In this document: positions 56,965 through 64,000 of the stretch, piece after piece
Layout of the letters: each line of letters starts with the position of its first letter
Numbering within the stretch: the stretch's first letter is position 1
DNA from: Cystobasidiomycetes sp. EMM_F5
Taxonomy: Eukaryota
Assembly (NCBI GenBank): GCA_051047955.1
Contig: JBPGPT010000015.1
Location: forward strand, 124,001 to 188,000
DNA: 64,000 bases
Reading direction: 5' to 3'
Made by a program: the position numbers and the translations under genes
The notes under the pieces: model-generated
Seen by the model: the letters and a program-made list of their open reading frames with translations, nothing else
What the model was told of the DNA's origin: nothing
The model's database searches: none

Positions 56965-58395
56965 CTATCTCTGTACAATGCAAGCGATCTTCATACGTGC
57001 ATTGAAATTATTGCGACTGTCTGGAACCTGCATGGACGATCTGCCAAATGCAGATGCTTGCGAGTGAAAGAGGAGCGTTTCGGATCGATGTGCATATTCA
57101 GTACTGTCGTCCTCGTCTTCCAGCAGCGGTGTATCTGCGTACGACATCAATATGCGTTCCGAATAGCTTAGTCAGTGCATTGACCCTACCCCGTTTGCTT
57201 CGAGCACGAGACGACCGTCCAAGCAGGTTCTTCTGCCATTGTGCTTTACACAACCATGGCAAGAGCTGCTCCTCGAAGTGCCTCAACTCTGGATGCGCCT
57301 TGATAACCGTAGTCAGATGAGCTGAGCATACGTAGACGTGCGAAAGCAGCAGTAGCGTGGAGAGCGAAAGAACCGGGAATCTGGCAGGAATCCAATAAGT
57401 CCACCTTCGCGCAACGACCGCTCGACTTACTTGTGCAATAGCGAAGTCCGTAAGGATACATTCTCCTCGTACTCTGCTAGCTCCCTCACATCCAGTAGCG
57501 TAGCAGACTTGATGTCGTGTATGATGATGAGCGGTTCAGCCGGAGGTTCAGCTGTGAGATGGGCTAGTCAGAACTAGATCGAAAGACGCTCTCTGTTGTG
57601 ACAAACCATCTTTCTTCTGTTTGTTGTCGACTACTTTCTTTTGCTCAAGCAAAACTGTCGTCATGAGGTTCTCGTCCATTCTTTGCTTGTCGAGCAGGGT
57701 CACCAGCGGCGGTAGCATCGCCACATTAGCTCGCTCAAAAGTGTCCAGGAATGAAGGAGGCAATATTATCAGGTCTGCCTTCTGTAAACGTGTGAATGCA
57801 GTGAGTGGAAAGCTACAGCATATGGTGCGGCTGCAGATACCTTGTACGGGGTCTTTGCGGCCCATTCTCGAATCGCATCCACTTCAAAAGCGTGTCTGCC
57901 ATCCTCGTCGTCCAATTCGTGCAAGTCTATCCGCATTGGCAGTCTGGAAGGCTCTTTAGCAGATTGTGGCGTGGATGGTTCGTCGAAACCTGGCGGTAGA
58001 GCAGATGCAGGTTTGCTACGTTGCCGAATAAAAGAAGATATAGTCGCATGCTGCCATTGCGGTGCGATAATGACGGTATCTGAAGTCCATTTTAGCGTCG
58101 TCTGCGCACTTTCATGCTAAATCATCATACCAGTCACGCCTGCTTCTTCCACCCAGCGCAACACCCCGTCGATGCGAGGTTTGCCTTTCACTATCTGCAT
58201 TGCTTTCGGCAGCAGCTTCTGTGGGGGTCTACTACTAGATGCGCCGTCATCGCTGTCGTCATCGCTGTCCGCGCCGATGCGAGGTCTGTAGTCGTCCTCG
58301 TCGTCCAGCAGAATGAGAGCAATGAACTCTGGCGAGCGATACAGCGCCGATGTAGACGTCGAAGCTGCTGAATTATCAAACATCGTGGTTCCCAT
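56965..58395 (-). CDS. eIF2B gamma-like protein, N-terminal nucleotidyltransferase-like domain only
   Basis: EFIALIL, LLPKAMQIVKGKPRIDGVLRWVEEAG, DLIILP, SLRTSLLHKFPVLSLSTLLLLSHVYV, EEQLLPWLCKAQW; start uncertain. Confidence 0.6.
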
Positions 58396-58668
58396 GTTGG
58401 TTGGCAAGGTTCTAGCATGCTACTGATCTCTTCATCGTGAAACGGCGAATGGCTCGCTTGTTTACAAAGGCAAGCCACCGCTTGCTGGGAACTCTATCGC
58501 ACTCATCAGCTGGATCTACATCCTGGGCAAGATTGTCGCTGTCACTACTTCGTCCAAGCAAGGAATGGGCCATCAGTTGGGTCATGTTCCGGCTGACGCA
58601 AGACCCAGATAATTTCTCAATATGCAATATCATTCCGGTCCCTGAATACTGATATAATCAATTCACTG

Positions 58669-60969
58669 CTACGCATTGACTACACGTAGCGTTCGTCGCG
58701 GTACTAAATGACTACAGCGAGACAGTAGTTAGGCCAAGAGAACCTCCCCACACTTTGTACAGACTCACCTAAATTGTGCGGCGTAGCCCTGCGTCGCTTC
58801 CTCCACGTCATCTGCCGCTGAATATGGACCTTGCGTCTCCAGCGGATCGCTGACTACGGACTGCGGCGAATCGCCATTTCCTATCATTCCTGTCTTCTCG
58901 CCTTCGAGGGCCTGCCTCTTCTGCGACCGTTTCCTCAGCCCGTACCATATTGTAGCAGCTATCATTAATGCCCCTAGCACTCCTCCCACAACGCCGCCTA
59001 CGATGGCGCCAGTGCGAGTACCGTTACTACTGTCTCTCGACCCGTTGTCTCCGAAGGAAGCGCTTGTATCGGTATCATTGAGACCGGTTCCAACAGCATA
59101 CCCAGTACCAGACGTTGATGTACCAGATCCGCGCCCGCCCGCTATGTTGATAATCACGGGACTATTGGGCGTTGTATAAACGGAACCTACGTCAAACTTG
59201 GTAGACCAGGCTAATGCAGTCGTATCGAAAACATAAACACCGGGTTGTTCGCAGCTGTGAATTTCACAATGTGCGAGTCAGCATTTGACGACGACAATCT
59301 CCTATGGATCAGAATGCATACATCACATCTTCACTAATATAGCCTCCCACAATGACCATTTGGCTGCCGATCAACGTGCAAGCTGCGTATATGAAGGTCA
59401 GACTCTCGGGTTGGCATCTTTCGTGAAAACCTACTGTGCGCAGCTCTGCCCGTCGGTTGTGACGGTAAATTGCGAGAAATGAAAGTCCAAGTGAAAGATG
59501 GTAAAGACAAGACATACCTATTCGTCTTATGGATTAGTAAAGACTAGTGCAACTCAGACGCAACACATGTTGTGAATCTCACATTTCGCTATTCTGACCG
59601 TCAAGGATTTGAGTCGTCCTATTGGATGCTTGGCCGCCGTATACGAAGATTTGATGTTGGAGCTGACCGTTGACCTTGGCAGACCCTCTTACAGCACAGT
59701 GCGATACTCGAGGCGTGAGAATGTCGCCTTGAGTTGCCTGGCGTACCCATCCGCCTGCGCCGATATCATATACATCCAGTATAGTATTGTCGAGAAGCTG
59801 ATTCGCATTGCCTCCACCGATACTGACAAGTACGCCTTGGCCGTCAGTCCCGATTCCTGGTACAAAGGTGAGCGTGTTGTCGGCTCGCAGCAGCGGCGAA
59901 GTCTCGATGGTGCTGTTGCTGGTAGCCTTGCCGCTGCTGGTATACTGCAGTCGCTGGATCAGCTGTCTTCTCCGCAAAATCGGCTATGCTACCGTACGTA
60001 CCGAGGAGTGGTTTGTCCAGGTGGCCGACGCACGGTCATACTCAATCATAGAATTCAAGTAGACGCGAGGTGTCTGGTTCGACCATCTGTGAACGGCCAC
60101 CTTTTTAGCTTGCTTGTCTTCTAATGGCTAAGTCTACTCACCCAGCTACGGTGTACGAGTCTTCGTGACCTCCAAAATAGAACCAGCTTAGATCACTGAG
60201 ACCACGCTGGGCCGGAATGACTGCTGCAGCGCCTTCTGCAGCCCGGACTACGTTGTCGCCTTTGGTGTTAACTTTCGACCATGATCCGCCAGCGGTAACA
60301 TCGTATCGGAAAAGCGACAATGGATCTGGGTCAACGTGCGGAGTTTCCGAGTAATAGCCGCCATAGCTAGGCGTCAGAAAACGCAAACGCGCGTTCGGCT
60401 CAATTCGATTTGCCACTACAAGGTGCTTTCTCCACTTACTAGAACAGAGATTGTCCCTTCGTGGTAGACCACATTGCCCCGAGACTGGTTTGAGGTGGAA
60501 AGTATGAGTTTCCATTATCTGCTTCTACCACGGCCAGAGGTGGATTGGCAATGCTCCAGCTTTTCGAGACGTCGAGAGCTATCAACGCATTTGTGCGCGT
60601 ATTGGTCGTTTGGGAAGTTGACGTTTTCGCATCTCCGCTAAAGCAGGCAGGGAGTAGTCATATTCGACACACGTCAGAGCAAGTGTACGGATCGCATGCA
60701 GACAACGCACCCATAGAGATAGATGGTTGATAGAGCCGAATTATTGGTCGCCGACACGCCAAGCGTGGACGAATGCGCCCACCGCAAACAGGGTGACGGC
60801 TAAATGGCGTATTCTGTCAGAGTAAGCAACAAGACTTATTGAAGCATTATGCGCATACCTGGGCTTGTTGTGCATTTATCGGCCTGGCGACCGACGCCAA
60901 AATCACGGCAGACGACGTCAACAATTTGGAGCCGCACGAGCACCGTCCGGATGGTCTTCGAGACAGCAT
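58669..60969 (-). CDS. Kelch-repeat single-pass membrane protein (multi-exon)
   Basis: Signal-like N-terminus, repeated YGG/FGG/IGG blades with downstream W, TM segment GAIVGGVVGGVLGALMIAATIWYGL followed by RKR, end HLVPRRTLRVVNA*. Confidence 0.8.
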
Positions 60970-61415
60970 GTATGCAAGCTATACAAGAGTCTGGTGTATC
61001 CTCTCCCAAATACCGATGTTGTGGGGCGATTTTGCTCGATGATTCACCTTCAGCCTTGAGGTCGTCTGGCTTTAGGGACGCGCGCAAGTGTCTCGCAGCT
61101 GCCAAGTACGTAAAAAGTAGCAGCAGACTCGTCAGGATCATACAGAAGGCATGCAAATGGGCATTCAAAATGAAACAGCAACTACCTAGACACTGTTTAG
61201 CGCCGTCGGACAACAAAATCGTGGCCAAGGAAACATCGCGCTCGGGCCCAAACAAACGGTGACGGCAGACGCGACTGTGACGCGAATGGGCAGAAGCGTT
61301 ATGGTCATGGTCGATACTGACTTGGCTGTTACAACGACATCGTAGAAAGCTTCAACAGACTATTCGATACTTATGATGTGTGAGCGAGCTCGATTCGGTG
61401 CTCACACGCCTCTAG

Positions 61416-64000
61416 CTAGCTTGTAGCAGCAATGCTACTAATGTCCGTGTTGTCAATGGAGATAGTCTTGGTCATGTTCTTGGTCTTGTACACTCCAGTT
61501 AGACGGGAGCTTGCTTCAAACATTTGCGAACTGTTTCCCCACGAATGTTAGTCCAGCGATAGTCTACAAGAGCGCCCTGGCCTGCTCACCGTAAGGATAT
61601 AATGATAAATTGGGCAGTCTTTGTACGCTGTTTGAGCATCTGCGAAATGATGCTCGTGTTGCGCCAGTCGAGTGCCGCATCAATCTCGTCCATAAAGTAG
61701 AGCGGGGTCGACCGGAACTGATGAAGTGCGAAAATCATGGCCAGCGAACTGAGTGTCTTCTCTCCTCCTGATAAATTTGAAATGTTCTTCCAGCTCTTCT
61801 TTGGCGGCATGACACTGAACAAGATGCCTTCGTTAAAAGGGTCCATTGAGTCGACCAGCTCAAGTTCGGCATTGCCGCCCATTGTAATTAGCTGAAAAAC
61901 AGCGAAGATTAGTCGTGGTCCGTTGCTGCTACCCTGAAGTCCAGGCGTACCTGATACGTCTCCTTCAATCGCATACTGATAATCTTGAAGCCAGCCATGA
62001 ATTCGTCTAGCCGCTGCTGCCGGAGGTCGTCGCATTGCTTCTTGGCCGTGTCTCTAGCCAGAGTAATCTGCTCAAGAGCGAGGGCGCGCTTCAAGAACTC
62101 CTTTTCACGCTTCTTATACTCTTTAAGGACTGCCATGTTTGGCGTGGCTTTACCAATCTCCTCCTCTAGGTACGCGATAGTTGCCTTCAATTCGTCAACG
62201 TTGAATGCCTCCAAGTCCTGCTCAGAGAATGTGGCCAGCTCCTCGATCGGCTTTGGTTCCGCATCGACATCGGCTGCCTCGTTTTCATCATCGTCATCCT
62301 CTTCGATCTCGTGCAACTCCAGCTTCTGCAGTTTGCGCACAACATCCTTAAGCAGCCCGTCATTCTCCGACAGCTTGCGTTTAGCCTTCTCCAAGTCCTG
62401 TTCCAGCTGCGTCTCTCGCAAACGGAACTTGTTCATATCAGCTTGTTTCTCATCCAAGAGAGCCTTCAATTCGCCAAGCTCTTCACTCTTCTCCTCCAAG
62501 AATGCAACCGCCTTTTCCACCTCGCGGCGAATAACGTCCAAGCCTGCACGCTTCTCGCGGTGCGTTTTATCGAGCGCAGCAACCTCTTCTTGCAGAATCT
62601 CAAGGGCTTCTTCGTTCGAAGCAATTGCCCTTTCGAGTTTGGCAAGATCCTTTTCTGCCTTATGACATCCCACTTCCGCACGAGTAAGCTGGTCATTAGC
62701 ATGATCCGACATTTCCTTGATGCCTTCCACCTTGACTTGCTGAGACCGCAAGCGAACACCTCCGACTTCGAGTATCTTGGCTTGTAAGGCCTGAATATCC
62801 GTTTGAATGCGGTCTCGCTTTTCTTCCAATGACCACATCTCGTCTGTGAGCTTCTTGATGGTTTTGTCAAACGCGGCAATCTGCTGAGTATCATCCGCTT
62901 GCGGTCTATTTTGCGATCTAGAGGGTTTCAAATTAGAGTCGATCAGACTGCCCCAGGTGCGTGTACGTACTCAAGCTCCTTGATGCGTCTTTTAGCTTCA
63001 TCCATCCGCTGTTTGTCAGCGCGCAACGCCATCTCGAGCTTCGATACTTGCAGTTCTAGATCAGGGAGTTTCCTTTTGAGCTCCTCCACCTCCTTCTCTT
63101 TATCGTGCTTGGCGATCGTGCATGTCGAAAGAGCGTCGTTGGCCTTGACAACATCTCGCTCGAGGCGTGCGGTGGCGTCAGGTGATACGTCCTCGTCTGC
63201 AGCAAATTTGGAGCTCATGCCACCTTTAGCAGGGCGAGCTCCGCCTCCACTCATAGTACCCGAAGTATCGATCAACTTCCCGTCTAGCGTAACAACACGC
63301 CATCGTTTCTGACCGAAGGCGATCCGATTAGCTTGCGTGAGGTCATTGGCGACGAGCGTGTTCTGCAAAACATGGTAGAATGCTGGAGCATACTTGGCAT
63401 CTTTCGGCGTGACCAGGTCAAACAGCCTCGGTGCGTTTTCGGGCGTGTCAATGCGAGCCAAATCCCGCTTCGCCAGCGCGTCCAAGCACAAAATAGTGGC
63501 GCGACCAAGTGTGTGACTGCGCAGATGATCCAAGCAGGCCTGGCCTGCGGCGACATTGTCGCATACCAGGTTGTCGAGTGCAGCGCAAGCTGTGGATATA
63601 GCAACATCATATTTGTCGTCAATTCGTCCAAGGCTACCCAAGCGGCCCTGCAGAGGAGCGATAGTTAGGGCAGTAGCGCATTATGCCGCAAACTTCATCA
63701 CTTACATGGAAACCGTTCAAGCGACCTTGGTCTCTCAGCTTGGTCAGACTCTGTAGTACATCCCCTCTGGATTGGCTGGCTTGCTGATTACTCTTGGCGT
63801 CCTCTGCCTTACTTCGGGCAGAGCCAGCCGCAGCCCGGAGTTTTTGGTCTTGAGCGTTCAATTTCTACACCAGCGAGGTGAGCTGAGTCTCCGTCATATA
63901 CTCAGCTGATCGAATGACGTACCTCTAGGTCTTTGGCGTGCGCTGCTAGGTCCTCCTTGATCGTTTGCTGCTCCTGTATTAGTTCTTGCATACGTGCAAC
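61416..64000 (-). CDS. SMC4: Condensin subunit Smc4 (3' part; 5' end outside window)
   Basis: Hinge GRLGSLGRIDDKYDVAISTAC..WRVVTLDGKLIDTSGTMSGGG, coiled coil, PPKKSWKNISNLSGGEKTLSSLA, PLYFMDEIDAALD. Confidence 0.96.

Noticed and set aside
61985..62665. 226-aa Ser-rich plus-strand ORF (similar ones at 16210-16755 and 28843-29424)
   Set aside because: Antisense shadows of SMC4, the helicase and COQ1

Overview
Gene-dense, intron-rich fungal nuclear DNA. Introns are mostly 50-70 nt GT-AG with CTRAY branch sites, and the proteins are basidiomycete-like; a Pucciniomycotina-type yeast is my inference. About 29 gene models are supported. The flanks are housekeeping genes: uS17m, PPT1, UBC12, FIP1, ISC1, MOCS1/cnxABC, SHO1, a DEAH helicase, ZNF207, an HSL-family esterase, prefoldin 1, COQ1, an E2, La, CSN1, RRP1, a kelch membrane protein and SMC4. 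The accessory-looking region (~34.0-53.1 kb) is a MAL-like alpha-glucoside cluster. It holds four GH13 alpha-glucosidases with differing specificity residues, a divergently transcribed permease with a GCGGAGA-rich promoter, a 5'-truncated permease paralog, xanthine dioxygenase, and an orphan gene combining 5 zinc ribbons, a DEDD-exonuclease-like domain and a PIP-like tail. Other notable points are an in-frame BED-zinc-finger/5-hydroxyisourate hydrolase fusion, a single in-frame stop between MoaA and MoaC, and an eIF2B-gamma-like gene lacking its beta-helix. Exon boundaries were read by eye and no database searches were run.
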